From positions 68,669 to 132,668 of the forward strand of contig NZ_JADJNN010000008.1 in NCBI RefSeq assembly GCF_016714285.1: a stretch of 64,000 nt of DNA, given 5' to 3'. This document shows positions 1-10,223 of this stretch, piece by piece. Below the pieces are notes generated by a model. It had not been told where the DNA came from. It worked only from the letters and a program-made list of their open reading frames with translations, and did not search any database. Positions within the stretch are counted from its first letter, which is position 1, and the number at the start of each line of letters is the position of its first letter. Both the position numbers and the translations under genes were made by a program. This stretch comes from Nannocystis sp. GTDB taxonomy: Bacteria > Myxococcota_A > Polyangia > Nannocystales > Nannocystaceae.

Positions 1-26
1 TCGGCGAGCCGCGGACGGCGGAGGCC

Positions 27-1127
27 TTGCTGCGCCTGGCCCGGATCAACGAGCGGGTGCAGAACGTCGAGGACGCGCGCGACTACTACATCCGCTTCGT
101 GGCGCTGGCGCCGGGCGACGCGCGGGCGAACGAGGCGAGGCGGCGATCGATCGCGCTGGCGCTGGTGACCGGGACGGTCGACGCGGAGCAGGTGGCGGCG
201 CTGACCCGCGATCGTCGCAGCGGTGATCGGCGGCTGGCGGCGGCGATCCGGTTTCGTACGGAGGTGCGCCCCGGGAGCCCGCTCGAGCGGGTGGCGGCGT
301 ACCTGCAACAGTTCGGGCGCGACGGCGGGGAGGAGCGGCTGGCGATCGCCCACCTGCGGGCGGCGGAGGCGTTGATGCGCAGCTCGTGCCCGGTCGGGGC
401 GCTCGAGGGTCTGTGCGTCGAGGTGACGCGCGACCGGACGCTCGGGCGGGTGCTGCCGCGGGACCGCGGTCAGGTGACGCAGGCGCGGGCGCACCTGCAG
501 GCGGCCGCGGGTTTCCTCAACGCGAGGCCGGGGCCGGACGGGCTCGAGGCGCCGCTGGCGGTGGCGCCGGCCGAGCTGGCGGCGGCGCGGCGGGTGCTGA
601 GCCTGCTGCTCGGGGACCTCGGGGCCGAGGCGGCGCTGCTGACCCGGCCGCCCGACAGCCACGAGCCGACGCGATCGCGGCAGTGGTTCGAGCGGCGGGT
701 GAGCGAGGTGCAGCGGATGCAGGTGGTGTACGAGGGGGTCAACCCGGGGGCGGGGCGCGACGTGGCGCTGGCGAGGACGGCGGCGGAGACCAGCGCGAGC
801 GACCGCTTCGCGGCGGTGATCGAGGCCCGCAAGGCGCAGGTGTTCGAGGCGGACATCGGCCTGCTCGAGGAGGTGTCGCGGGCGATCGCGGGGCAGAGCG
901 CGGCGGGCTCGGACGGGGCCGCGCTGGCGGCGACGATGCAGCGCCTGGCCGACTTGCGGCGCGGCGAGGTGTTCGACGCGTATCACCGCTGCATCGAGCT
1001 GGTGGCGCTGTGGGGCGACGACCCGGACGGGCGCGCCGAGAGCTGCCGCGCGGGGCTCGGGCGGCTGGTGCAGCGGCACGAGGCGCGGCTCGAGTATGTG
1101 CCGGACCTGCGCGGGCGGGTGCGCTGA
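27..1127 (+). CDS. hypothetical protein (ORF open to window start; probably 5'-partial)
   Basis: Long ORF in frame from base 3 and a stop at 1125-1127. The codon usage is GC3-rich. The protein looks helical and repeat-like, and no family was recognised. Confidence 0.45.
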   Translation: MLRLARINERVQNVEDARDYYIRFVALAPGDARANEARRRSIALALVTGTVDAEQVAALTRDRRSGDRRLAAAIRFRTEVRPGSPLERVAAYLQQFGRDGGEERLAIAHLRAAEALMRSSCPVGALEGLCVEVTRDRTLGRVLPRDRGQVTQARAHLQAAAGFLNARPGPDGLEAPLAVAPAELAAARRVLSLLLGDLGAEAALLTRPPDSHEPTRSRQWFERRVSEVQRMQVVYEGVNPGAGRDVALARTAAETSASDRFAAVIEARKAQVFEADIGLLEEVSRAIAGQSAAGSDGAALAATMQRLADLRRGEVFDAYHRCIELVALWGDDPDGRAESCRAGLGRLVQRHEARLEYVPDLRGRVR

Positions 1128-1273
1128 GGGGTTGGGCAATACGGCGACGACGATCGGGTCAGGGCAATACGTCGACGATGATCGGGGGGTGGCCGACGGT
1201 CATGCTGACGATCGTGAGGTCGCGGGGCAGGGGGAGGACGAGCCGGCGCGAGGATATCGCGGATTGGGGGGCG

Positions 1274-1891
1274 TCAGTCGGTCACCCGGCAGTAGCAGTA
1301 CACGAACTCCTGGGCGCTGCCCCATGGCGTCACGTGGCGCTCCGTGGCGCTCCCAACCTTGACGAAGGCGGGGCCAAACTCGGCGTGCAGGGTGTCGTCG
1401 CTGTAGCGAACAACGTCGAGGCCGCTGCACTTCTCCGGGCCCTCGGGCCCGAACGTGGCGACGATGACGTGGCCGCCGGGCAGGACCGATCGCCGGACCT
1501 GCGCGACATAGCGCGCGCGCTGCTCGGGGTCCGTGAGGAAGTGGAAGACGGCGCGGTCGTGCCAGACGGCGTAGGTCGCGTCGGGCAGGTCGGCGCGGGT
1601 CACGTCGGCGACGCGCCAGTCGACCCTCGCGGCCCGGTCCCCGAGGCGCTCGCGGGCGACGTCGATGGCGTGCTGCGACAGGTCGAGCACGGTGACGCGG
1701 CGATGGCCACGGTCGAGGAGATCGTCGACCAGAGTCGACGCGCCGCCGCCGACGTCGATGATGGCGTCGTCGGGGCCGACCCCCGTGGCCTCGATCAGGG
1801 CGAGCGAGCGAGCGAGGTGCGGGGCGTACCAGCTCACCCCGTCCGGCGCTTTCGTGGCGTAGACCTTCTCCCAGTGATCGCGGCTGCTCAT
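1274..1891 (-). CDS. class I SAM-dependent methyltransferase
   Basis: The translation MSSRDHWEKVY...IIDVGGGAS...VTVLDLSQHAIDVARERL contains the DVGGG glycine-rich SAM-binding motif I and an acidic motif II. The internal ATG at 1891 was chosen; the upstream N-terminal extension of the ORF is Arg/Ala-rich junk. Confidence 0.8.
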   Translation of the reverse strand: MSSRDHWEKVYATKAPDGVSWYAPHLARSLALIEATGVGPDDAIIDVGGGASTLVDDLLDRGHRRVTVLDLSQHAIDVARERLGDRAARVDWRVADVTRADLPDATYAVWHDRAVFHFLTDPEQRARYVAQVRRSVLPGGHVIVATFGPEGPEKCSGLDVVRYSDDTLHAEFGPAFVKVGSATERHVTPWGSAQEFVYCYCRVTD

Positions 1892-1910
1892 GCTTGCTCC
1901 GTGCGAGCGC

Positions 1911-2738
1911 TCAGGCGCGGCGGCGGCGGGTGCGGAGGCCGAGCAGGCCGAGCATCGCCGCGAGCGGGGCGAGGCGGTTCGTGTTGTTGGTGCTGGCGCA
2001 GCCGCAGCCCTTGCTGTCGTCGCTCGCGCCGTCCGAGCTGCTCCCATCGCTGCCAGCGGCCGTGCCCTCATTGCCCCCGCCGGACGTCGGCTGCTCACCC
2101 GTGACGGAGGCGGCGCCCGAGCTGCTCTCGGCCTGCGAGCTCGTGCTGCCATCGCTGCTCGTCGACGTCTCGACCGCACCGCCCTCCACCGATACCGCCG
2201 CGCAGTGGTGATAGAAGCAGCCGCCGGGGTTGTTGAGGCCGTGGGCGGACATGAATTGGATGACCTGCAGGGTGCAGTTCGTGCAGCTGATGCCGTCGGG
2301 CACGGTGACGTCGATCGACTGCGGTCCGCCGAAGGGCGCGTCGTGCAGGAAGACGCCGTCGGCGAGCACCGGGAAGACCGGGGGATCCTGGATCAGCGTG
2401 GTGCCGCAGGCTTGCGCGCCCGCGGTGACCGGCGGCTCGGCGGGGATGTCGGCGAGGTCGCTGACGAGGGCGATGCGGTAGTGGCCGGGGTGAAAGATCG
2501 TCTCGTTGATCGTGACCGTGATGGTGTCGCCAGCCTGGTAGGCGGTGACCATGCCGGTGGCGACCTCGTTGCCGTCGGCGCCGCAGGGCGGGGCCTTCTG
2601 CGGGTCACCGAGCGGGCCCTGATCGTAGACGGCGGGCGGCGACTGCAGGACGAAGTGGGCCTGCGCGAGGGCCGGGGCGAGGCCTGCAGTGAGGGCGGCG
2701 ATGGCGAGGATGCGACGAGACGAGCTTGGGGGGAGCAC
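1911..2738 (-). CDS. secreted protein with His immediately after the predicted signal-peptidase site (possible histidine-brace, LPMO-like) and a C-terminal MYXO-CTERM sorting tail
   Basis: The signal peptide ...RRILAIAALTAGLAPALAQA is followed by HFVLQSP. The C-terminus GCGCASTNNTNRLAPLAAMLGLLGLRTRRRRA has a Cys motif, a hydrophobic helix and an Arg tail, which is the MYXO-CTERM architecture. A GTG start at 2738 is proposed; the ORF extends to 2834. Confidence 0.55.
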   Translation of the reverse strand: MLPPSSSRRILAIAALTAGLAPALAQAHFVLQSPPAVYDQGPLGDPQKAPPCGADGNEVATGMVTAYQAGDTITVTINETIFHPGHYRIALVSDLADIPAEPPVTAGAQACGTTLIQDPPVFPVLADGVFLHDAPFGGPQSIDVTVPDGISCTNCTLQVIQFMSAHGLNNPGGCFYHHCAAVSVEGGAVETSTSSDGSTSSQAESSSGAASVTGEQPTSGGGNEGTAAGSDGSSSDGASDDSKGCGCASTNNTNRLAPLAAMLGLLGLRTRRRRA

Positions 2739-2874
2739 GCGGGCGACGATACACGAAGGGCCGCAGGCGGCGACAGGAACACGCCGGCGCAGCGGCACCG
2801 GACCGTGCGGGTGGCGAATGTGTTGTGCCGTCACTCTGCGAGCTCGAGCAGGCGCTGGTTGCTGCGTTGCGCTC

Positions 2875-4071
2875 TCAGTCCGCGAGCTCGAGCAGCAGCT
2901 GACGGCAGCGGAGGCGGCGGAGCTCGTCGGCCTCGGGGCGCTCGACGTACGCCGTGAGCAGCGCGCGGGCCTCGGCGTGGCGGGCCTTGTCGCCGGGGCC
3001 GGCGAGGGCGCTGCCGAGGTTGAACTGCAGCTCGGGCGGGAGGCGCTCGGGCGGGTCGCCGCGGTGCCAGTCGCGGGCGGCGGCGGCGAGGCGGTAGGCC
3101 TGCTCGGCGCCGGCGGGGTCGTGCAGGCGGGTGCGGGCGACGCCGAGGCCGAGGCCGGCGAGGTAGCGGTCGACGGCGGCGGGGGCCTCGAGGGCGGGGG
3201 CGTAGAGCTCGGCGGCCTTGCGGTCGTTGCCGGCGGCCAGCTCGGCGGCGGCCCAGCTGAGGCGCGGGGCGGGCTCGTCGGGGTCGAGGGTGAGGGCGAG
3301 GGCGAAGCGGCGGCGGGCCTCGCCGGGCTCGTGGGCGGCGAGCGAGACGCGGGCGCAGCTGGCGACGAACAGGGCGGCGCCGCGGGGGTCGCCGCCGTCG
3401 GCCGCGGGGTTGTCGTCGACGATGCGTTCGCGGCAGATCTGGGCGGCGAGGGCGAGGCGTTCGGGCTCGCGGTCGGCGAGGGCGAGGTCGTGGCGCAGGG
3501 CGACGGCGAGGGCGTAGGGGTCGTCGGGGGCGAGGGCGAGGGCGGCCTGGAATTCGCTGCGCGCGGCGTCGCGGTCGGCGGGCTCGGCCCGGGCCTCGAA
3601 GGCGGCGACGTGGAGGAGGGCGAGGCCGACGCGGGCGCTCGGGCCCTGGAGGAGCTCGCGGGCCTCGGGGACCAGACCCTCGGCGAGGGCCAGGGCGGCG
3701 AGCTCGTGGGCCCAGCGCGGGCGCGGGTCGCGTTGCAGCAGCTCGGCGTAGATCGCCAGGACGGCCCGCGCGGCGCCGCAGCGGCGCAGGACGGCGGCGC
3801 GGGCGAGGGCCTCGTCGGTGGTGGGCGGGATCGAGGTGTCGGCGCAGGGGTCGGGGGCGGGCGCGGGGACGACGGTGTCGGGGTGCGCGGGGCGGACCGC
3901 GGCGCCGGGGGCCTCGCGCTTGCAGGCGAGCAGGAGGCAGAGCGCGACTGTCCCGAGGGACAGGTTGCGAGCGGCTGGCTGGGCTGTCCGGAGGGACATG
4001 GTGGAAGAGACAGCTGCGGCTGGCCGGAGGAACATGGCGGAAAGGGCAGCTTGGGCTGGCCGGAGGGACAT
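2875..4071 (-). CDS. TPR-like repeat lipoprotein
   Basis: The signal peptide plus lipobox is LGTVALCLLLAC, followed by a helical Ala/Leu/Arg-rich TPR-like body. Three in-frame ATGs (3999, 4035, 4071) lie in a 36-bp x3 tandem repeat. The long N-terminal ORF extension to 5106 is an artefact overlapping cobA. Confidence 0.6.
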   Translation of the reverse strand: MSLRPAQAALSAMFLRPAAAVSSTMSLRTAQPAARNLSLGTVALCLLLACKREAPGAAVRPAHPDTVVPAPAPDPCADTSIPPTTDEALARAAVLRRCGAARAVLAIYAELLQRDPRPRWAHELAALALAEGLVPEARELLQGPSARVGLALLHVAAFEARAEPADRDAARSEFQAALALAPDDPYALAVALRHDLALADREPERLALAAQICRERIVDDNPAADGGDPRGAALFVASCARVSLAAHEPGEARRRFALALTLDPDEPAPRLSWAAAELAAGNDRKAAELYAPALEAPAAVDRYLAGLGLGVARTRLHDPAGAEQAYRLAAAARDWHRGDPPERLPPELQFNLGSALAGPGDKARHAEARALLTAYVERPEADELRRLRCRQLLLELAD

Positions 4072-4090
4072 GGCGGGAGGGCCAGGTTGG
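3980..4090. repeat. 36-bp tandem repeat x3, each copy carrying an in-frame ATG (encodes MSLRPAQAALSA / MFLRPAAAVSST / MSLRTAQPAARN)
   Basis: Direct inspection shows ATG codons (cat on the plus strand) at 3997, 4033 and 4069, spaced 36 bp apart. Each unit contains GGAGGGACATGG. Confidence 0.8.
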
Positions 4091-4091
4091 T

Positions 4092-5660
4092 TCAGCGCTG
4101 GAGCGCGGCGAGCACGGTCGCGAGCATGGCGCGGTCGTCGGTGGACTCGGCGACGTGGTCGACGCGGACGCCGAGGGCGGTGATCGCCGCGGCGGTGACG
4201 GGGCCGAGGGCGAGGACCTGGGCCCTCGCCAGCAGCTCGCGCGCGGCGGCTTCGCCGTGGGCCTCGGCGACGGTGGCGAGGAAGTGGCGGGCGGTCTTGC
4301 CGCTGGCGAAGCAGATGGCGTCGCAGCCCTCGCCGCCGTGCTCGGGCGGGAGCAGCGAGCGGGTCAGCATGGCCGGGACGGGCGGGCGGACGACGCGGTA
4401 GCCGATGACGAGGTGGTAGCGGCCGCCGGCGGCGGTGATGGCCGCGGCGAGCAGGTCGCGGCCCTCGTCGGCGCGCACGTGCAGCCAGCGGCGGGCGAGC
4501 ATGTCGCGGGCGCGGAGCTCGTCGACCAGGCCCTCGGCGCGGGCCTGGTGGGGGACGATGTCGGGCTGGATGCCGCGCTCGATGCAGGCGGTGGCGGTGC
4601 CGGTGCCGATCGCGGCGACGCACTTGCCGTGGAGGATGCGGACGTCGACGCCGGTGCTGGCGAGGGCGTCGAACCAGGCGCGCACGCCGTTGGGGCTGGA
4701 GAGGATCACGCCGTCGACCTCGCCCAGGTCGCGGACGGCGCGGGTGAGGGCGTCGAGGTCGGCGGGCGGGGCGAGGTCGAGGCAGGGGAAGGCGACCGCG
4801 TCGGCGCCGTGGGCCGCGAGCATGTGCAGCAGCTCGCCGGCCTGCTGGGTGGCGCGGGTGACGACGACGCGGCGGCCGAACAGCGGGCGGCGCTCGAACC
4901 ACTCGATCTGGGCCCGGAGGTCGACGACGCTGCCGACGATCATCACGGCGGGCGGGCGGATGCCCTCGGCGTCGACGCGGTCGGCGAGCTGAGCGAGCGG
5001 GGCGACGACGGTGCGCTGGATCCCCCGCGTGCCCCAGCGGATCAGCGCGGCGGGGGTGGCGGGGTCGCGGCCGGCGGCGATCAGGCGCTCGGCGTTGTCG
5101 CGGCAATTCTTGACCGACATCATCAGCACGAGGGTGCCGGTGCCGCGGGCGAGGTGCTCCCAGTCGACGCCGCGGCCGCCCTTCTCGTAGGCCTCGTAGC
5201 CGGAGGCGATGGTGACGCTCGGGCTGTGGTCGCGGTGGGTGACCGGGATGCCTGCGGCCTCGGCGGCGGCGATCGAGGCGCTGACGCCGGGGACGAACTC
5301 GTAGTCGATGCCGGCGGCGCGCAGGACCTGGGCCTCCTCGGCGCCGCGGCCGAAGACCATGGGGTCGCCGCCCTTGAGGCGGACGACGTGGAGGCCGGCG
5401 CCGGCCTTGGCGAGCAGGAGGCGGTGGATCTCGTCCTGGTCGACGACGGGCTGGCCGTGGGCCTCGCTGGCGAAGGGGCCGTGCGGGCTCTGGGTGCGCT
5501 GGTAGAGCTGCACGTCGCGGCGGCAGTGCATGAAGAGCGCGGGGTTGACGAGGTAGTCGGCGACCACCACGTCGGCGCGGGCGAGGCGGTCGCGCCCGGC
5601 GAGGGTCAACAGCTCGGGGTCCCAGGGACCCGCTCCGACGATCGACACGAGGCCGGGCAC
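4092..5660 (-). CDS. cobA/hemD: uroporphyrinogen-III C-methyltransferase / uroporphyrinogen-III synthase fusion (CobA-HemD)
   Basis: The N-terminus MPGLVSIVGAGPWDPELLTLAGRDRLARADVVVADYLV is the SUMT signature. The C-terminal half shows the HemD fold (GVILSSPNGVRAW..., ...ICFASGKTARHF). Confidence 0.85.
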   Translation of the reverse strand: MPGLVSIVGAGPWDPELLTLAGRDRLARADVVVADYLVNPALFMHCRRDVQLYQRTQSPHGPFASEAHGQPVVDQDEIHRLLLAKAGAGLHVVRLKGGDPMVFGRGAEEAQVLRAAGIDYEFVPGVSASIAAAEAAGIPVTHRDHSPSVTIASGYEAYEKGGRGVDWEHLARGTGTLVLMMSVKNCRDNAERLIAAGRDPATPAALIRWGTRGIQRTVVAPLAQLADRVDAEGIRPPAVMIVGSVVDLRAQIEWFERRPLFGRRVVVTRATQQAGELLHMLAAHGADAVAFPCLDLAPPADLDALTRAVRDLGEVDGVILSSPNGVRAWFDALASTGVDVRILHGKCVAAIGTGTATACIERGIQPDIVPHQARAEGLVDELRARDMLARRWLHVRADEGRDLLAAAITAAGGRYHLVIGYRVVRPPVPAMLTRSLLPPEHGGEGCDAICFASGKTARHFLATVAEAHGEAAARELLARAQVLALGPVTAAAITALGVRVDHVAESTDDRAMLATVLAALQR

Positions 5661-5734
5661 GTCGGCGAGTGTATTACAAAGCCGGGGCCGCGCGGCGGCC
5701 CGCTGGGGCTCCCGCGCGGGGCCTGGGCGGTGTT

Positions 5735-7531
5735 ATGGTCCGCGGCGTCATGCGCGGTGCGGGGTCGGTCGTGGTCGTGGTGGGGGCGGGGCACGCGGGG
5801 CTCGAGGCCGCGTTCGCGGCGGCCCGCGTCGGCGTGCAGGTGGTCGTGGTGACGGGGAGCCTCGAGACGATCGGGCAGACGCCGTGTAACCCGAGCGTGG
5901 GCGGGGTGGCGAAGGGACACCTGGTCAAGGAGATCGAGTCGCTCGGGGGTTTCATGGGCCGGGCCGCCGACGCGTGTGCGATCCACGGGCGGATCTTGAA
6001 CCGCAGCAAGGGGCCGGCGGTGCGGGCGACCCGGGTGCAGGTCGACAAGCGGCGCTACGGGGAATTCGCGCGGGCGGCCCTGCTGGCGCAGCCGGCCCTG
6101 TTGGCGGGGCCGGGGATCACGGTGGTGGCGGGGCTGGTGGCGGGGGTGATCCTGGCCGAAGGGACAGGTCGTGTCGGCGGGGTGCGGCTGCAGGACGGCT
6201 CGCAGATCGCGGGCGACGCGGTGGTGCTGACGACCGGGACCTTCCTCGGCGGGGTGCTGCACACGGGGGCCGAGCGGACGCCGGGCGGGCGGGTCGGCGA
6301 GGCGCCGGCGCTGGCGCTGGCGGAGCACCTGCGCGGGCTGGGCTTCGCGCTCAAGCGGCTCAAGACGGGGACGCCGGCGCGGCTCGACGGGCGGACGATC
6401 GATCGCGGCGATCCGGCGATCGAGCTGCAGCCGCCCGAAGATCCGGCGCCGCGCTTCGTGGCGCCGGACGACGACCCGCCGCCGCTGCTGCGCCAGGTCG
6501 ACTGTCACCTGACCCACACCTGCGCCGCGACCCACGATCTGGTGCGGGCCCACCTGCACGCGTCGGCGATGTACTCGGGGGCGATCACGGGCCGGGGGCC
6601 GCGCTACTGCCCGTCGATCGAGGACAAGGTGGTGCGCTTCGCGGAGCGCGAGCGGCATCAGGTGTTCCTCGAGCCGGAGGGGCTGGACACCGACAGCGTG
6701 TACCCGAACGGGGTGTCGACGAGCCTGCCGGCGGCGGTGCAGGAGGCGTTCCTGCGCACGATCGCGGGGCTGTCGCGGGTGGTGCTGCTGCGGCCGGGCT
6801 ACGCGGTCGAGTACGACGCGGTCGACGCCCGGGCGCTGACCCACACGCTGGCGAGCAAGGACCTGCCGGGGCTGTACTTCGCGGGCCAGATCAACGGGAC
6901 CTCGGGCTACGAGGAGGCGGCGGCGCAGGGGCTGATCGCGGGGGCCAACGCGGCGCTGTGGCTGCGCGAGCGGCCGGCGCTGCAGGTCGGGCGCGACCAG
7001 GGCTACATCGGCGTGCTGGTCGACGACCTGGTGACGCAGGGCTGCGACGAGCCGTACCGGATGTTCACGGCGCGGGCCGAGTACCGCCTGCTGCTGCGCG
7101 AGGACAACGCCGACGCGCGCCTGTGCGACCTGGCCTTTGCGGCAGGTCTGATCGGACAGGCGCGGCACGAGCGGGCGCGGGCGCGGGCGGAGCAGGTGAA
7201 CGCGATGGCGGCGGCGATCGAGCGGCGCCGCGACCCGGGGCCGGGGCCGGCGTGGCTGCGCGAGCGGGCCGAGGCCCAGGCCTGCTACGCGGGTTATCTC
7301 GTGCGGCAGCAGCGGGAGGTCGATCGCCTGCGCGGCGACGCGGCCGACCTGCCGCTCGACCCGAACACCGACTACGGGCGGCTGGCGGGGCTGACGAGCG
7401 AGGCGGCGGAGCGCCTGGCTCGCGTGCGGCCGACCAGCACCGGGCAGGTCGGGCGGATCCCCGGCATCACGCCGGCGGCGCTGATGTGCGTGTGGGCCCA
7501 CGCGCGCGCGGCCCTGAGTAATCTGTCCTGA
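5735..7531 (+). CDS. mnmG: tRNA uridine 5-carboxymethylaminomethyl modification enzyme MnmG (GidA)
   Basis: Contains the FAD-binding motif VVVVGAGHAGLEAAFAAAR, then TPCNPSVGG, YCPSIEDK and GQINGTSGYEEAAAQG. It is divergent from cobA. The ATG at 5735 was chosen; the ORF starts at 5669. Confidence 0.9.
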   Translation: MVRGVMRGAGSVVVVVGAGHAGLEAAFAAARVGVQVVVVTGSLETIGQTPCNPSVGGVAKGHLVKEIESLGGFMGRAADACAIHGRILNRSKGPAVRATRVQVDKRRYGEFARAALLAQPALLAGPGITVVAGLVAGVILAEGTGRVGGVRLQDGSQIAGDAVVLTTGTFLGGVLHTGAERTPGGRVGEAPALALAEHLRGLGFALKRLKTGTPARLDGRTIDRGDPAIELQPPEDPAPRFVAPDDDPPPLLRQVDCHLTHTCAATHDLVRAHLHASAMYSGAITGRGPRYCPSIEDKVVRFAERERHQVFLEPEGLDTDSVYPNGVSTSLPAAVQEAFLRTIAGLSRVVLLRPGYAVEYDAVDARALTHTLASKDLPGLYFAGQINGTSGYEEAAAQGLIAGANAALWLRERPALQVGRDQGYIGVLVDDLVTQGCDEPYRMFTARAEYRLLLREDNADARLCDLAFAAGLIGQARHERARARAEQVNAMAAAIERRRDPGPGPAWLRERAEAQACYAGYLVRQQREVDRLRGDAADLPLDPNTDYGRLAGLTSEAAERLARVRPTSTGQVGRIPGITPAALMCVWAHARAALSNLS

Positions 7532-7561
7532 GAGCCATGTCATCAACCGGAGCTGGAACCG

Positions 7562-8422
7562 ATGAGCCACCCCGCTGACCTCGCCGCCGACACCGCCGTG
7601 GAGCCGCGCGGCGGGGGGCACTACGCGTGCACGCTGCCGCGGCACTGGGACTACCTGTTGCCGTCGGGCGGGGTCCTGGTGACGCTGGCGTTGCGGGCGA
7701 TCGCGGCCGAGCTGGGGCTGCGGCCGGGGCTGTTGGGCGAGGACACCGGGGTGCGGCCGCTGTCGGCGACGGCGGTGTTCTGCTCGCCGGTGCCGGCGGG
7801 GCCGGTGGTGATCGCGGTGACGGTGCTGCGGCGCGGGGCGCTGGCCAGCCAGGTTCGGGCGCAGCTGTCGGCGTTCGGCGGCGAGGTCGGGCTCGAGCTG
7901 ATCGCGACCTTCGGGCTCGAGCGGCCGGTGGTCGACGCGACGATGTGCGCGGCGCCGGTGGTGGCGGAGCCGGGGGAGCTGCCGGCGATCGACCCGGCCG
8001 ACCAGACCTTCATCCCGGCCTTCATCCGCAACTTCGATCACCGGCGGGCGATCGGGTCGGCGTGGTGGCGGGCCGACGAGTGGGTCCAGGGCGACCGCAG
8101 CGGCTACTGGTACCGCTACCTGCACGCGCAGCGGCTGCCCGACGGGCGCCTCGATCCGCTGGCCCTGCCGCCGCTGATCGACACGATGCCGCCGGCGATG
8201 TGCTCGCTTATCGGGCCGCCGGCGCGGGCCTTCACGGCGCCGAGCCTCGACCTGACGGTGCACTTCGTGCAGGACACGACGAGCGAGTGGCTGTTGACCC
8301 ACGCCCGCTGTCGTGCGGTGCGCGGCGGCTACGCGACGGCCGACATCGAGATCTGGGACGAGGCGCGGCAGTTGATCGCGTACGGGACGCAGGTGATGAT
8401 CCTGCGCCGACGCGCTAGTTGA
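7562..8422 (+). CDS. acyl-CoA thioesterase-like protein (double hot-dog, TesB-like)
   Basis: 286 aa. Residues such as ...HFVQDTTSEWLLTHARCRAVRGGYATADIEIWDE... match the thioesterase II-like C-terminal domain. The reading frame is clean and follows mnmG on the same strand. Confidence 0.55.
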   Translation: MSHPADLAADTAVEPRGGGHYACTLPRHWDYLLPSGGVLVTLALRAIAAELGLRPGLLGEDTGVRPLSATAVFCSPVPAGPVVIAVTVLRRGALASQVRAQLSAFGGEVGLELIATFGLERPVVDATMCAAPVVAEPGELPAIDPADQTFIPAFIRNFDHRRAIGSAWWRADEWVQGDRSGYWYRYLHAQRLPDGRLDPLALPPLIDTMPPAMCSLIGPPARAFTAPSLDLTVHFVQDTTSEWLLTHARCRAVRGGYATADIEIWDEARQLIAYGTQVMILRRRAS

Positions 8423-8527
8423 GCCAGTCGCGGGCTGAGCTCCAGCGCGGCGCCGGCGAGTTCGCCGATGGGCCGGGCAGGCTGACGCGGCGGGCGAGCT
8501 CGCGCCAGGAGGTGCCGCTGCGGCCTG

Positions 8528-10094
<1,567 letters not shown>

Positions 10095-10159
10095 TCGCGC
10101 GAGGGCCAAACGCGGGATGGCCAGCGCGAGGGCCAGACGCGGGATGGCCAGACGCGCGA

Positions 10160-10195
10160 GGGCCCGGTCCGACGCGCGTCGTGACCGGGCCCGGG
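10160..10195. terminator. GC-rich stem-loop (gcccggtc ... gaccgggc around the palindromic loop cgacgcgcgtcg) between convergent genes; candidate bidirectional terminator
   Basis: The inverted repeat was read directly. It lies between the stop of the transglutaminase-like gene (10094) and the stop of the minus-strand lipoprotein (10224). There is no clear U-tract. Confidence 0.3.
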
Positions 10196-10223
10196 GTTCC
10201 CATGAGGGGGTGGAGGGTGTGGT

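Noticed and set aside
2689-4401. 570-aa plus-strand ORF, and the 4155-5852 plus-strand ORF
   Set aside because: They are antisense to the TPR lipoprotein and cobA/hemD genes. They are Gly/Ala-rich.
5606-8302. 898-aa minus-strand ORF (Arg/Pro-rich)
   Set aside because: It is antisense to mnmG and the thioesterase gene. Its composition is typical of an out-of-frame GC-rich read-through, with no domain signals.
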